A DNA stretch of 64,000 bases. Source: Bigelowiella natans CCMP2755. Lineage: Eukaryota > Protista > Cercozoa. The position numbers and the translations under genes were made by a program. The stretch is taken from NCBI GenBank assembly GCA_000320545.1, contig ADNK01000422.1:1-64000 (forward strand), in the 5' to 3' direction. This document shows positions 21,609 through 36,542 of the stretch, piece after piece (position 1 is the stretch's first letter; each line of letters starts with the position of its first letter). The notes under the pieces are model-generated. The model made no database searches. It was not told where the DNA came from and saw only the letters and a list, made by a program, of their open reading frames with translations.

Positions 21609-22578
21609 ATCACCCTGTGGCTACGCAGTCTGCAGTGCAGAGTGCAGAGTGCTGCTAGGAGTGGTCAATGCCGTGCACAGCAGCCGTATACATGAATATT
21701 GGCTACGCTGTTTTGTGATGCGATGCATGCACATGCAATCGTGTGGAAGACACAATGGACGTGGATCGAAGCAGCAAACAGAGCGCGCATGCAACATATG
21801 TGAGCACTGTGTCGTACGTACATCGTAGTAGCCGCATTGCAGCATTGCACAGCTCAAGCCTTGATGTGACAGACTCCATGGCTGGCTAGCTGGTAATGAC
21901 ATTGATGACAAACAATGATGAAGATTTCGAGATCAGCTAGGTAGTCCCTCATCACTAGCTAGCTGGTTCATTGCACCCGTGTCACATATTCTAGCATTGC
22001 TGACATCTAGACATGTGTAACCCTCCGCCGCCTAAACGTAACACCACGAAGGTACTAGCGAGACTGTTCTGTTCATGTTGACGACCATGTAAGCAGTGGC
22101 GCTGCTGGATGTGCAGCAGCAGGGTTGTGCCGCACGGCATCGGCACACATGAGCCATCTAAGTCATGCATGTGTATGTAGTGTTATATCCGTTTCATACG
22201 CACAGCGATGCGATGGGTCAAGAGAAAGGCTCTCTGTACGCACATCAATGCTTATATGAATTAAGACTTCTACTACAACATGTAGTAAGACGTTTTTTAA
22301 TGTACAACGAAATGTTGGGGATAGCATTAATCTAGAGACAATGATTTATTTGCTAAGAATAATAATGATGATCCAAAGATGGGGTCAACCAATCCGCTGC
22401 GTTTGAGGCTTGTAACTACTTATGGTTATCGGTGAAAGTCCGAATATTTTGTTAATCAATTAATACCAATGTTATTTAATCTATTCAGAGACATATCTTC
22501 TGAGAAATAATAATATATTTTGCATAAATTAAAACGTTAATCTATATCGTTCAGCAGCAGTGGCTACCGAGTGTGTTA

Positions 22579-24491
22579 TTAATCATGAGGTTCTGTGGGA
22601 TTCTTATAATCTCCATGTAAAATAGTATCTGGCAATCCGCCACATACTTGCAAATACTTATACATTGAAGGGCTATGTGGTGGAATATAGCCTTTTCTTC
22701 CATAGCTCAAGAAGAATATTGTAGACGACGTGCAAGACTTCTCCTCAAGAATATTAACTTTGGCTTGCGAAGCAATGTCTATATCTAGTAAGAACATGTC
22801 AACTTCCTCCTTGAGCCTTGAAGCTCTTGAGTGAGAAATGCTTTTTGCATTAAGATTATTGAGTAGACAGATTTCCATTACATCCTTGCAACCGGCCTGA
22901 GAGGGTGACGGAGGTGGCGGAGGGAAAATGAATAATGAGGATTGCATATATTCTCAAAGGAAGGGCGGTGATTCAAATTAGTGTTAGTTTAATCATTACA
23001 GTCACTGGCTTCATTTTTCTCCGAGAGGGTATTTCTGAAGATGAAAGCCACGTGTATTGGGGAGCAAGTTTTCTAGCGTACAGGATTTCGAGAGGATCTT
23101 CGCATGCCAGATATACGTGGGTCACGTTGAACTCTGTGAATTTCTCTAATCGCGTGATCTGCTCAGGTAGAGTAGTGCATTTTCGACCAATACGATGGGC
23201 TCCAGTACAATTAAAACCAATGACATCTCCTCTCCGAAGATGGATACTTGCCAGCACAGAGTTTTCACCTTCTCGTAGCACAATGACAGCACAAGCAACA
23301 AAAAGTTGGACATACCAAAAATATCAAATTGATGATGTCTTATTTAAAATTTTATCAGCAACACTGGATTAAATAGAGTACCTAGGGGCCAGCCAGGAAT
23401 ATTTGCTTTTCTCCTCTCGACTGCTCTTTTTGTGCGAGCGTTCAATTGAAAGCTATACCACGTTGATTGTGATATCAAATACGCTGCGCTTAGCTTCCCT
23501 GGTATTGTATTCGCCCAGAATCCCATTCTATTCTCTAGTGTGGTGAGCAACGGAAGAATACTTTCGCCTCCTTCACGTCCTTCACAAATCCAATTGTAAA
23601 AGAAATAACAAACAAGAGTATAATCAATTATCAAATCAAAAGAGTAAGGCTGTTTGATGTACGGCTGGATTAATTTTTGGTTTTATATATTACGATGTGG
23701 AGCTGGGCGAGAGTCCAACATTTGGAAGTAGCATCCCCATGATTTGGAGATGTCATCACTGTGTTTCTCTGTATCTTCTAGTTGGCAGCCCTTGACGCGA
23801 CTCCAAGTCCACGGATTATTCTCGTGCTTTAGGGTATATCTATGCCTATTTACCTATTAGCGTGTTCGTGAAAGTTGAGGGTAAGTCGAAGGGAAAACGA
23901 TAAGAAAATGTAAAATGTCGTACCCCCGACACCAGAATTCCCCTATGAGGAAGCAATGTTCCAATTGTCAACCCCATCGCTGCAAGGTTCTTTCCGATCG
24001 GAAAATGCATTAGATGCATAGTTTGATCTTGTTCGTAGTAGTTGTAGGAGAGTTTTGCAGACTGACCAGCCTCGATTAACAAGGATGGGTCACTAATATA
24101 AACTCCTTTATCGGGATATTTCACCGACGTTTGAATGTGCCATATGTCAAATTGGATCCCAAAAGGGTCGTTTTGAGAAATTCTGTTGATATATTCCGCG
24201 GGGGGAACGTAAGATTCAGACTCTATAATATTTGAAACTATCCAATCTTGAAGATTAGAATTTTGCATCAGTAGCTTGATTTCAGGATCCCTAGTCGTCA
24301 CCTCAGGGAACTGAGTTAATTATTCAGACTCGAGTTATTCGCATTCAATAAAGCAGAATTAATTGATGGGAGACCGAATTCATTTCTTCAAGAATGACAT
24401 TGTGCGTATGCTGCAGAGCATCCGAAGTTTGATGAAGGAGTAGGAGGAGGACAGCACAACGTTCGATCCTCCTCATTGCCATTAAGGTCAT
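22579..24491 (-). CDS. Multi-exon secretory-pathway fucosyltransferase-like protein (GT-B; alpha-1,2/alpha-1,6/O-FucT superfamily)
   Basis: Signal-like start MTLMAMRRIERCAVLLLLL at 24491; motif I SIHLRRGD, motif II VYLACED, motif III LLDIDIASQAK...CTSS. Internal exon boundaries not fully resolved. Confidence 0.65.
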
Positions 24492-24725
24492 GATGAAGAT
24501 GGGACAGCTGATCAGGGGGGCAAGATAGCTTGTGATTTTTCCAGTAAATTACATGTCGTTTCACCAAAACGATGGGGATTTCATAGGATTTCATTCGTAT
24601 TTAAGCTTTATTTTGTGTTGGTAATACCAGAAATGTGGGCGTTTCTCGATTATTTGTCGCCAGTAGATCTAATAGCTTTTTTTTATGGGGAAATTACCAA
24701 ATAAATCCATGGAAATCATGATCTT

Positions 24726-24770
<45 letters not shown>

Positions 24771-24933
24771 CAGACAATCTCCAAGTCGTCTCCTGGAAAT
24801 GGTGCCGCAGTGAACGATAATCAGTGCTCCAAGAATTGTATTTCTTTCTGTAGTTGTTCCCCTCCTCCTCCTCCTCCTCCTCCTCCTCCTCCTATACTTG
24901 AGAGTAGTACCTGGTCCTACTACGTAAGGAAGA

Positions 24934-26736
24934 TTGGGCACCATTCTTCGTATTCACAGTGCATCGTTCCTGGTGCTAGCGGCTCTGGTTACAGGATGGA
25001 GGAGGAGGGAGCAGGGTGCCACCGCTAAACGACCGCGCACCAAGAAAAACGCCAATGCTGAGGAGAACATGTTGGCTCATATACTGCCAATGCAGAATGG
25101 AATGAGAGGTATCGTCTGTCCTTATCAACATTATTATCATTCTTATTATCATTATTATTACTATTATGCAATCAATCCATCTAAAGTTTGGTTATTGCAT
25201 GGCTGATTGGCTCATCGACTGGTGGTGTCGTGTCGTGCATGAATGATATGATATGAATAATCAGCCTCTTCTGCATCCTTGCTCGTGAAGCATCTACGCG
25301 GAGGTATGGGGTTGGAGGAGATTAGAGGCAGGCCGGAAGAGTTCTTCCGTCCTGACGAGACTGAAGATGATGCAAGAAACCATCTCGAGAAACTTGAGTA
25401 TGAGGAGTATAAGAAGGAACTCGAGCACGAGGGCGTGCCAGGTGCGGTGTATGATAAAGCCTCTGTTTACGATTTAAGTGATGAGCAGTACGAAGATGCG
25501 GGTTGGGAGGAGTACTACGATCAAATGGGCAAGATCTGGTGCGAGGCCATGCAACGACCGATAGAGATTCGGCATACCTTCAATCCGCATTCCGACTTTT
25601 TGGAGGTGCGTGATTATTAATGTGTCAGTTGATGTTCAGGAGGCGATAATCATGCCGATGAAAGAAAAAATAAGAAGACGATACAAACACACACTGGCAG
25701 TCAAGAAGGGATGTTATCAGTCTAGATTCTTGTATTTCGTTCTGTTTATCGATATCCGCCAACAAAAGAGAGAGGGACATTCCCATCTATTTCACATTCT
25801 TCTTCTATTTAATTATTCATCTACAATTTCCAATTTGCTGCTTCCTAGCGTTATTTTCTCATCAATTACTACTTCATATTCACCTAGGTCGGGGGGGACC
25901 GTGTTTCCCTCCTTCAAGTCGCCTTTTACCTAGATGTCGGTTACGAGCATGCAGTCTCCAACACAACGCTTGCACGCCACACGCGTATCTATGGGATGAA
26001 ACAGATCCATAAGAAGGCACAGAAGGAGCTCGATCGTAGGATACGCGAGTTCAATCGCGGTAAGTTCGGGTTTGATGATCCAGGTTCCTCCTCCTCATCC
26101 AATCGTAAAAGGAGAAATACAAGACTCAATTGGACTTTAGACCTTCTCCCGCTCAGAAGGGGAGAACTTATCACCCTGGCTACGACACCCCAAGGAGGGG
26201 GGCCTTTAGAAGCAGCAGCATCGACAGCAGCGCCACTAGTTTCAATGCCCGTTGCAGGGATAGAATCGAGAAACTTCAACAACATTGAGCAGCAGAACAC
26301 CGATGATTTCAGACAGAAAACACAAAATAGCAATCGTAAAGGAGAAGATCCAAGCTCACTACTTCGTGCAGCTGTAGCGCGTACGATTCGAAGGAACGAG
26401 GAGGAGGAGGAGGAGGAGAATCATAAGGAAGCAGAATCAACGACCGCTACTAATAACCCTGAGGAGCAATCAAGGGTTGAAAGAGCGCAGCAGGATATTA
26501 CACAAGGCGATACTATTGAGAAACTCCGACGTGATATGAGAGAGTCACCTACACTACCAAGCAAGCTGCTTACAACGCTACCTTTGCTAGCCAATCAAGA
26601 CACACAAATCGGATCTCTTGGGGGTTGTAATAATACACGTAACTACACAAACATGCACTACTACGTGCTTCGTATTAGACAGACGGCACACCTATACGAG
26701 CAATGTCGTAGTTTGGAGGCTGTATTGATATCTGTG

Positions 26737-26778
<42 letters not shown>

Positions 26779-27671
26779 ACGTGCGTTTGTTTTACAACCA
26801 ATCATATATTAGGAATTGCAGTGGATGGCGACGGCGTAATATACATCTCAGATACAGAAACTCACCAAATCAAGAAAATAATCAATGATAACGGTCAACT
26901 ATACGATACACAACACAAGTGTTATTCTGCAGAGAAAGAGGAGTCGATTTCACTTTCACCTACACGATAGCAGCATTTCATCACCACCATCCCATACATG
27001 CATCATTGCTATGATTCTTGTCGCCATCACGCACTACACTACAATCAGGAAGGGGGGTGATAATGTGCACGGGAGGCGGAAGGGCAGCCTTTGCAGATGG
27101 TGATAGTTAGATCACTTGAAAGCATTTCCTTTCGTCTTAGATTCATGTGGTAGGACTAATCCTTCAATCTAAAAGGAAAAGTGGTAGAAGTTATTATTTG
27201 CGAGATAAAAGCGTTGAATATCGTCGTTAATATGAGAATGCTGCCTGTCATCCAACATATCACTCTTCTTCTTCTTCTTCTTCTTCTTCTTCTTCTTTTC
27301 CCTTGGAACAGCAGATAAACAACATATATCATTTATGCATCAGGCCCGCCTTCGCTTGCTCTCTTCTTCCACCCAACGTCTCTAGCGATTCATCCTGATG
27401 GTGATAGAGAATAGATCGTCGTAGAATGCTCTCCCTCCTCTTCTTCTTCATCTTGATTTATTCCGTACTCATCATTCGTGTTCAGTTATGCTACTATCAT
27501 ATCATTGATTAACGGGTGAATGGGTGCATATCGATGTGTTTTTTGTGTTCCTTTTTGTAAGGATGTATTATAGTCGCAGATAGCCGAAACCAGCGTATTC
27601 GGAGGGTTCATAAGGACGGATCGGTAGTAGAAGCTCTCGTGGCATCATAGACGATGAGAGTATTTGTTGTG

Positions 27672-27738
<67 letters not shown>

Positions 27739-28182
27739 TGACAAGTATCATGTCTCCCTCCTTGCGTATCGTCATCAGGTTACGACGATTGCTGGGAGGT
27801 CTTTGCCAGGTGATGAGGACGGATTGGGAACACGAGCATCTTTTCGGTAGTGTTTTTGTATGATTGTATGTGCGTATGATGCCACGATTTTGTCTATGTG
27901 ACTATAGCTGCTGCATGACGCATAACTGATGCTTTCGTACTGTCACAATACACATTCACACACACACACACACACACACACGCACGCACGCACTTACAAA
28001 TACACAAAATCGTATTGATATTTACCTTGTAGGCCTCGTTCTTAAAAATGAAGTTGTTTGTTGTGGTTGGTGGTGTGGGTTGTAGATATCCTTCCGGTGT
28101 TGCGTGTGACATGTACGGAAACATCTTCGTTGTAGACTCAAGAAATTGCAAGGTAGTGCAATGATACTCCTAGTAATCATAG

Positions 28183-28214
<32 letters not shown>

Positions 28215-28489
28215 GCCAACGAAGAAGTGTTTTAAACTATAATCCCTACACAGCACTATCGTAATGTATGCTTGTTACAATGGTATGGCATGATGTGAAA
28301 AGACGATGATGCTGTGTGTGGGCGACCTTCTCCTTCTCATCCCTTTTTTGATAGATTCGCAAAATCGTGCCTTCCGGCGAGGTAACGACCCACGCAGGAA
28401 CCGGTGAATTTGGTGAAAAGGATGGTAATACTGTTTAGAAATCTTGCTCAGCTTCTTCTTGCCACATCAACATCCACAAATATATGTAA

Positions 28490-28531
<42 letters not shown>

Positions 28532-30718
28532 CTTCTCTTTGCAGCTGCTGATGCTGTTTGTTGTGTATAATTCTAGGCTACCGATTATCCGCGGAACTTA
28601 AGTCTCCTGAATCAATCGCAGTGTCACAAGATGCATCTTCCATCTATTTCTCCCAACCCGTATTAAGGCACAACATCCGTAGAATTGGGCATGATGGAAA
28701 TGTGGAGGTGCTTGCAGGAAGTGGTGAGAAGGGCTATCGCGACGGACTACCGCAGTTTGCAGAGTTCAACGGGCCTACTTCGATCGCGTTAGATCCGAAA
28801 GGAAATGTAAAACAAAGCAGCATAACAACACCACAATGCTTTACCATAACCGTCTGAAGAAGGCGTGATCTTTCATTGATCTTTGGTTGTGTGGATATCC
28901 ACCTTTGTGTTTATGATTTAAAGGCTACTTAATAATGCCCTGAGAGAATCTGCTGGAAATTTTGAAACCTTTGCTGAATGCGATATTAATTCCCCCTGCC
29001 TCCTCCTCCTCCTCCTCCTCCTCCTCTTTTGTATCTTTGTCGTTTATTTCTCATATTTACTCTTTTCAATGTTTTCTTCAGTTGATTGTCGCAGATAGTA
29101 TGAACCACGCCATTCGTGCGATCACGCCTCAGGGATATGTATACACTTTGTGCGGCGGGAAAAATTCCAACAGTCGCAGAAGCAAGAGGTGGGAACTTAG
29201 ATCAAGTAGGAGCAAAGGAAACGACGAAACCAGCCATTCCGAAGATGACCATGGAGGGCAGAAGATACCGCGACCTGGATATGTACGCTACTTATTTTAG
29301 TCAAATCAAAAATTAGAAGAATATCGAAGAGGAGATAGAGGAGAGCAAAAGAGTGAGAGAAAGGGGCGGGGGGGGGGGGGGGGGAGGGGGGTGTAAAGAC
29401 GTTTATAGATCTGTATCATGAGCTGCTGCGGAATGCGCAAGTTCTCGATGCGCTGCAAATGTACATTGTGTTTCGTAATGTGCGTGCGTGTGTGTGTGTA
29501 TGTGCGCCTCGATGAGTAGCAGAATGGAACGTTGCGATTGTGTTGTTTCAAGTCGTCTGTTGTTCACGCTGTGGTATTTTGACTACATACCGCACCCAGG
29601 CGGATGGAAGAGCTGAGAATGCTAAATTACGAGGACCATCGTATGACAAGATTGCCACTAAATTCGAAATAGTGCAATAGTTCATCCACCCATTGCTTGT
29701 CTTTTATATATACACGTTAATTTTCGTTGCTCCCCACATGTTTACTCGCGTATGTGTATATGTGTTTATGTACTACTAGAGCGGTGACAACGGATATGTG
29801 GGGTAACATCTACATTGCGGATACATTCAACAAGGCTATTCGTGTTCTAAAACCCAACCTTACGCTCATGATGATGACGTCGCCGAGCTACAATCAGGGT
29901 AATAGTAGCAGAAATCATGCACAATCAATCACACCTACTGACACCTACTGTTTAGCCTTCAACTCAAAGAAGCTCCCTATCTCTTTCTTGGACCCCATAA
30001 CCTCCTCTCCCCCCTTTATCCCTCTTTCTCTCCTTATTCCTTCCCCCCCTCCTCCCCGCTCATACATAAGGTGCGGCAGTTGGCACGAACAGCAGCGAGA
30101 TGTTAGCAGAAACAGGCTCAGATGGCCATATTCTTCATCATGATCTTACATCGGGCATGCACACCCCACCGGAGCTACAATCGCCCTCTATATCCAGAAG
30201 TGCAACGCCAATACCCGAGGCCTTCATCAACTGGAATGAGCTAGATGACGCTCTTGACTCAGCAGACGAATGGCGTTCTTCTCGTGAGGGTTATTACGAC
30301 GGTAAGTAGTAACAAGCGTGGTCATTATCGTCATCATTGTCTTTTCTCGCCACGTCGCCACTCCTATGCATCAGTAGTGATCAGCCATACCTCTTCATCA
30401 CCATCATCATCATCATCATCATCATCATCAGCAGCAGCTTATTATCATCATGATTGTCATATATCACCATCATCCATTTTCTGCCGTTCTTGTTGTTCTC
30501 CTTTGCATCATTAGGAACAAAAAGCCCGAGAATGTTCAAAGGCAATGCTTGGGATTGGAGCGGCTACGGCGAAATCCAACGAATCACACCCAGTCTGATG
30601 CTGTCTGGATGTGCCGCACTTGAGACCTGTGCTCGTGATGATATGGTTGCAATGGAGGTGACACACGTCCTGATGGTAGTCTCTGTGTGGGAGCTTGAAA
30701 AGGTGCTATTACTCGTAG

Positions 30719-30751
<33 letters not shown>

Positions 30752-30820
30752 ATATATATACATATGGCGATGATAGCTTTCTTTATCGTTTCTTGCTGAT
30801 ACGTACACAAAATACACACT

Positions 30821-30892
<72 letters not shown>

Positions 30893-32093
30893 AACATCAG
30901 AAAATGAAAATAAGGAGGGAGGAGGCGATTGGGGACGAAGAGGCTGATGCTGCTAGTGCTGCTCAATTGTTCAAAGACCGTATTCCAAATCATATGGATG
31001 TTGTGTATAAAGAAATAGTGCTTGGAGGTGAAAAGCAGATGGAGGATCACTCTGCGCACCTGGTAGATAAAGTAGAGAAGATAAGACGGCCATAGTCATA
31101 ATGATCATGATAAAAAGAAGAAGAAGAAGAAGAAGAAGCATTAGAGAACTTCCCCCCCCCTCATTCATTTCTCTCGATATACTCTACATATGCGCGCATT
31201 AACAACATGTTGATCAATCAGTTGGACTGGATCGAAACAACTATTTCCAATGGAGGAAAGGTGATAATCGGATTACGCACAAGGAGTGAAGGGCAGGGGG
31301 GGGGGGGGGGGGGGATTCCAGGCTTAGAGCTACAAAGTCGAATGACTGCAGAATATGACACATTATGTCTCATGATTACTTTAATCTGAATAATAATACT
31401 TAGAGTTGATTTACTGTTGAAAGTGTGTTTTGCCTGTTGTTGGAGAAAGATAGTTGGCATTTCCACGTTATAAACCGATTGCCAATGGCTTGTTGTATTA
31501 GATTCTGATTTGTTGCGACACGGGCGTGTTCTTGGCTCCGAGCATTGTAATTATGTATCTAATGTATCAGCAAGAGGTAACTGTTTTGTTTTGAAAAATA
31601 ACGATGATGAGGATGACAATGATGATAATTATAATCCGTTTTCTTTGTTGCTTGTTCCACCTTCATAACATAACACAGGTTAGTTTTGAGAGAGCACGTG
31701 AGCTAGTGATCCGGAAGCGACCTATCATACGGCTGCCGATGTGGCTAGCAACGCAGATGATGGAGGTTTTTGCAAATGATAATTGTATATAGCTTTGTTT
31801 GTCAACATCACACACATTACAATGGCTAATCTGTGGAATATCTGCTACGTTTTCTTTGCTGGACGATTGTGCTGCTTATACACCAGCTTAACGATGTGAT
31901 TAATATGGCTATGGGAGCAAAAGAGGATCCTGAAGAAGCTGAAAGGGAACAACTTGCCCGAAAGGCTCGTGAGAATCCACAATCTGAACTCTTCAATAGC
32001 GACGAGTTGGAGGAGGAAGAAATACGACAGAGAGAGCTTCAGAGTTACGCTGATAGAAAAGCGCGCAAGGCTTTCGGGGATGATTGGTGTTAG
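24934..32093 (+). CDS. Multi-exon NHL-repeat beta-propeller protein with a C-terminal dual-specificity-phosphatase-like domain lacking the catalytic Arg
   Basis: About six NHL repeats (GIAVDGDGVIYISDT, PTSLAIHPDGCIIVADS, PSGVACDMYGNIFVVDS, PESIAVSQD, PTSIALDPKGNLIVADS, PSAVTTDMWGNIYIADT); DSP fold ITPSLMLSG...VTHVLMV...GGKILICCDTGVFLAPSIVIMYLM...ARELVIRKRP. 5' start uncertain. Confidence 0.8.
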
Positions 32094-32418
32094 CCGGGCC
32101 CTTCCTTTATTTGTATAGGCGCATGCAGCCGCAATATGTACATGTATAGTATGTGCATTCGTCATGTAGCCTGCAAGGCAGTTGCATCCATCTAGCCATG
32201 CTAGCATGTGAATGCTGGACATTCTGGAGTTATCCATCTAGCCATGCTGACGATGTGTGCGAAAAGAATTGCAATGATGATTGTTGCTGCCCCCACACGA
32301 CTATCGCTAGCTAGACCGCGCAAGTCGCTGGCCAGTCTAGCTAGCTGTAGCGCATCGCATCAGACAAACGGCATGCACAGATAGCATGGCAACAAGCATA
32401 GTGCCTGCCTCTACCAGT

Positions 32419-32461
<43 letters not shown>

Positions 32462-32642
32462 AGACTCAATGGCATGTACAGATTGTGTTGCGATTACTGT
32501 CTACTAGTTGACCAACTCGGAAACACAAAACTATACTTTCCTCTTTCGTGGCATGAAGGTATCAATGAGTTAGGCAGACGTTGCTCTACAGGGCCATCTT
32601 GCCAGGTCTCTTCTTTCCATTCAACACACACTACAACAATTT

Positions 32643-33759
32643 CTAATCCCACTTCTTTGCATTGAACATTGTTTTTAATTGGATGACTTGCCACACGCCT
32701 GATCCGATCAATACGAACGATTGCAAGACTGACCACCACATCACACTGGAATTTGTAGATTCACTTATTTGCCTGAAGTTCACTTCCCGTTCCTGTTTTT
32801 CAAATGGAAGATGTTGTTAGCCTGTTTAGTCCTGAACCCGAATGCAACATTAGATCAAAGAAATAAAATCTCATACCCGCAGGTATTGCTGTTGACTGCG
32901 AATATCCCGCACCAGATCTACCAGTTTTCTGACTTCCAGCTCAATGGCTGCGATTCATGCAAAATTTTGATCTATTAGTGCTTCGCAGTTATCGTTCTTA
33001 AATATATGCATTTATTTTTCACCTGAAAGATGCTCGCTTTTGGCCATGTCATCGTAGTTTGTTGCGTGCTCTCCAACGTCAAATCTCAGCTCCACTTTCT
33101 ACAAGCACAACAGCACAAAAATGATGATCAGACCCTTTGGGAATAGTAAGGCAGAGTAAAGTATCCTTACGAAATTCTGGGCCCTATACATAGGGTGCGT
33201 TTCATTGATGTAAGCGCAGATTAGATGTTCTCCGTCATCGTGAGCTGTGAATACGAATTTCCCCTGTTTGTGGATCAAAATGATGTGAGAGCCTACGCAA
33301 GCTTTGATGGTATGGAGAATGGAGAACAAATACAAGTACCTCTCCTTCAGTGGCATGATGAACCATTATCTCTTCAGCTTGAATATCATGTTTCTTATCC
33401 TGAAATACACGCACCATTTTTAAGGAGGTAAATAACTCACAAGATACGTTGCAGAAACAGACCTTCGTGCCTGGTGCCGTCACAACGAATACGATCATGT
33501 CTTTTCCATCTCTTGGAACTTTGTAATTACCCATGACTAACATGTCATGGGGCACTGAATATGTATGAAAGCCACCACAAACCATTCAGGAATTGCACGT
33601 ACTTGTATTCGGACTACATCCCGTGTTTTCTAGAAATTAGCGCCACGTACCATCTTCAATGAAGCATCTGGGCACATCCTTAGATAGAAAGAAATAGTAT
33701 CCGAAAATCTGTGGTATGAGCCAGGAGCTGGCGAGAAGGAGGGTCGCCAGCTTCAGCAT
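32643..33759 (-). CDS. p24/emp24/TMED family cargo receptor (alpha-subfamily-like), multi-exon
   Basis: Signal peptide MLKLATLLLASSW, RCFIED, GKFVFTAHDDGEHLIC (GOLD domain), coiled coil, SESTNSSVMWWSVLQ TM segment, C-terminal KKWD dilysine signal. Confidence 0.9.
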
Positions 33760-34063
33760 CGTTTGTTGGAGGCAGAGGGGGTTCTCCACGAATGACGATT
33801 GCCAATTCGCACAAGCCGCCAGGGAGCTCTTTCTCGGCCTTTTTACCCACAGAGAACAGCCTCCATTTACTATCTTACGTCACAACATTATCGTTGCCGT
33901 AGACCAAGAATTCGACCTGTTTCGGAAAGAAAATGAAGCAGAGAAAGCCGCATTTCATTGGTTCGAAGTGGCCATTCGTCTACCGATATTTTAATTTAGA
34001 AAATTAATTAATAATTATTCGGGAAAGGCAAGCACGTCGACTCCCCCACTCTTTCTGATCCAC

Positions 34064-36500
34064 ATGCTCAGACAGCGACGCCAAGGTTGGACAACTCACC
34101 GTTTCACCATTATTTTAATTCTTCTGAAAGATGACAAACTTCTTGTTCGTACAGTATCACCGACATCCGCAACTTCAGTAGCAGCCCTGTGCATCATCGC
34201 AATGTCAGCGACTTTGTTCACAGCTTTATCTTCATCCCGGCGAGGGCTCTTCACATCCCTCCCAAAGCTCCAATCAAGTGTGTCTCGCGCAACAATGAAG
34301 GCTTCTTCAAAACTAAACTTTGGTGGAGGATTGGCTTTGAATAGTGTTCGTGGATGCAAACCGATCATTGCTGCTGCTGGAACTAGTACGCGAAGGCACG
34401 TATCGCAAAAGGTGGTACTGTGAAGTCTTGACCTCAAGAAAAGAATAATCAAGTTGTGATATAATTTTCTTCTACCATTTCATAGGCGTCTCCTGATGTG
34501 CAGGAACTGGTTACACGTGTCGTTCCTGTTCCGAAAGCAGAGAATGCGATTAGTATCAAAGCTTCAGCTGGTACTTCAACACACCCTACTACTATGTACG
34601 CCAGGGAGCTAGCTAATCGTGGATCATACCCTTATAAACCCGGAATGTCGATATCGAACAGAAAAACCAGGAGAATGGAAAGGAGACATCATCATCGTTC
34701 CAGTTTTTTCCGCAGCAAAGGTAGTAGTTGTCTTTGTCTATCAGCCCTTTGTCCAAGTGAATTTGATGATAATAATGACGATGATGCTGCTGCTGCCGCC
34801 GAGACACAATCTACCTCTCATCCGACCATTATTCGATGACGACTTCTATTATTATCTACGGAACCTATATTTTTCTAGACCGATCTGAAAGAGGGCGAGG
34901 AAGTTCCTGACGCCGAGCTCACAGGATCTGCTAAGGTAATATAATAATAATAGCTGAAGAAATAGGTTTGTTAAAAGTCGAAGATTTTCTATTGAACGTG
35001 TTATTTTTCGTCATGATATGATATACATTCTTTACTGCAGGAGCTAGATGAAAGCCTAGGAGGCATTCTGTCTGATTTGGTAACGGAGAACTCTTTCAAG
35101 GGGAAAAAAGGTAGGTAGGAGTCGACAGATATATAAAGAACGATGATAGCTGTTAGTTAGTACACGAGAACCATCATTATTATCGGCGTCATTTTTCTGT
35201 AACAAGCGAATCAATTCCTCAGGGGAAAAGGTTCTGACGTTCTTACCAGGAAAGAATACCAAACGTGTTGCACTTGTTGGTAAGTATCTGCGTAGGCGTG
35301 GTTTCAGTAGATAGTGCTGCAACTACAGGAATCAACATTGTACGATTACCCATCACAATGCTGCTCAAGGATTTCTCCACAATCCCGTGAATAATAGGTG
35401 CCGGCGACGCAACGAAAGTAACAGCAGATGCAGTTGAGGTATTACACACGTGGTAGTTGCCCAACCATCAGCCGACTAATAGATAACCAACCAATGTCCA
35501 GGCTCTGGGATCTGCTATTGCATCTGCCGCTTTGGACTCGAAAGCAAAGGTGCTTGCCTTCATAACCCGAGCTAATGGTTTTTTGGTCTAACGTAAACTA
35601 TTACTCAATGATAACTGCCGGAAAAAATGTTATTTTCTCCCTTAGACGGCGCTGGTATTACCCCCGGTGTCTGGAGGCGATACAGCAGCATTTCCGATTG
35701 GGGTAGTACTAGTACTAGTAGTAGTAGTGTTTTTATAAGTATCACTCACAGAGAAATGTTGTATGTAGAAAGGGTAGCAATGATAATAATAATAATAGTA
35801 AGAATAATAATAATAGCAGTGCTTGAGTTGAAACAACCCTTCGTTCTCAGATTCTGTCTAAGCTTTACGTGGATGATAGGTTGGAACGGCATTTAGTGAT
35901 GATGATGATAATAATTGATTATATGGGATTGATGATATCGATGATAATAATGATGATGATGATGATAATGATGATGATAGTGATGAATAGCCTATCATGA
36001 TATGCCTACTAATATAGATTCCGAACTGGCGAAAATGTGTCCAAAGCTCCTAAATTAGAATCTCTTGAGGTAAAACAAGTAGCATGATAATATTTTATAA
36101 TACAATAGAATGTGAAGTAGAGAGATCTTTACGCGATTGTTATGGCAATGATGATATGATTGTTGGCAGATTGCTGGAATAGATGCAGGCCTATTTGATT
36201 CTGCTTTGTCCAGAGTACGGCAAATAATATGTGTTTGCCCTCCATCTTGCGTATTGTTAATCTACGAAATGTCATCAACACTACCACACAAGACATCCAT
36301 TTCTGTTATTTCTGTTGTGTGCGTGTTGTGTTGCAATTTGATGCTGTTGTGGTGGACACACGCATTGTTGTCTACTATCGTTCAGGCACGCGGCATTGCT
36401 TCTGGTGTACGAATGGCAAAGGATTTGGTTGGCGCTCCACCAAATTATCTCACACCGTAAGTACTAATTATCATCATCATCCTAGTAGTAAGAGAAGGGG

Positions 36501-36542
<42 letters not shown>

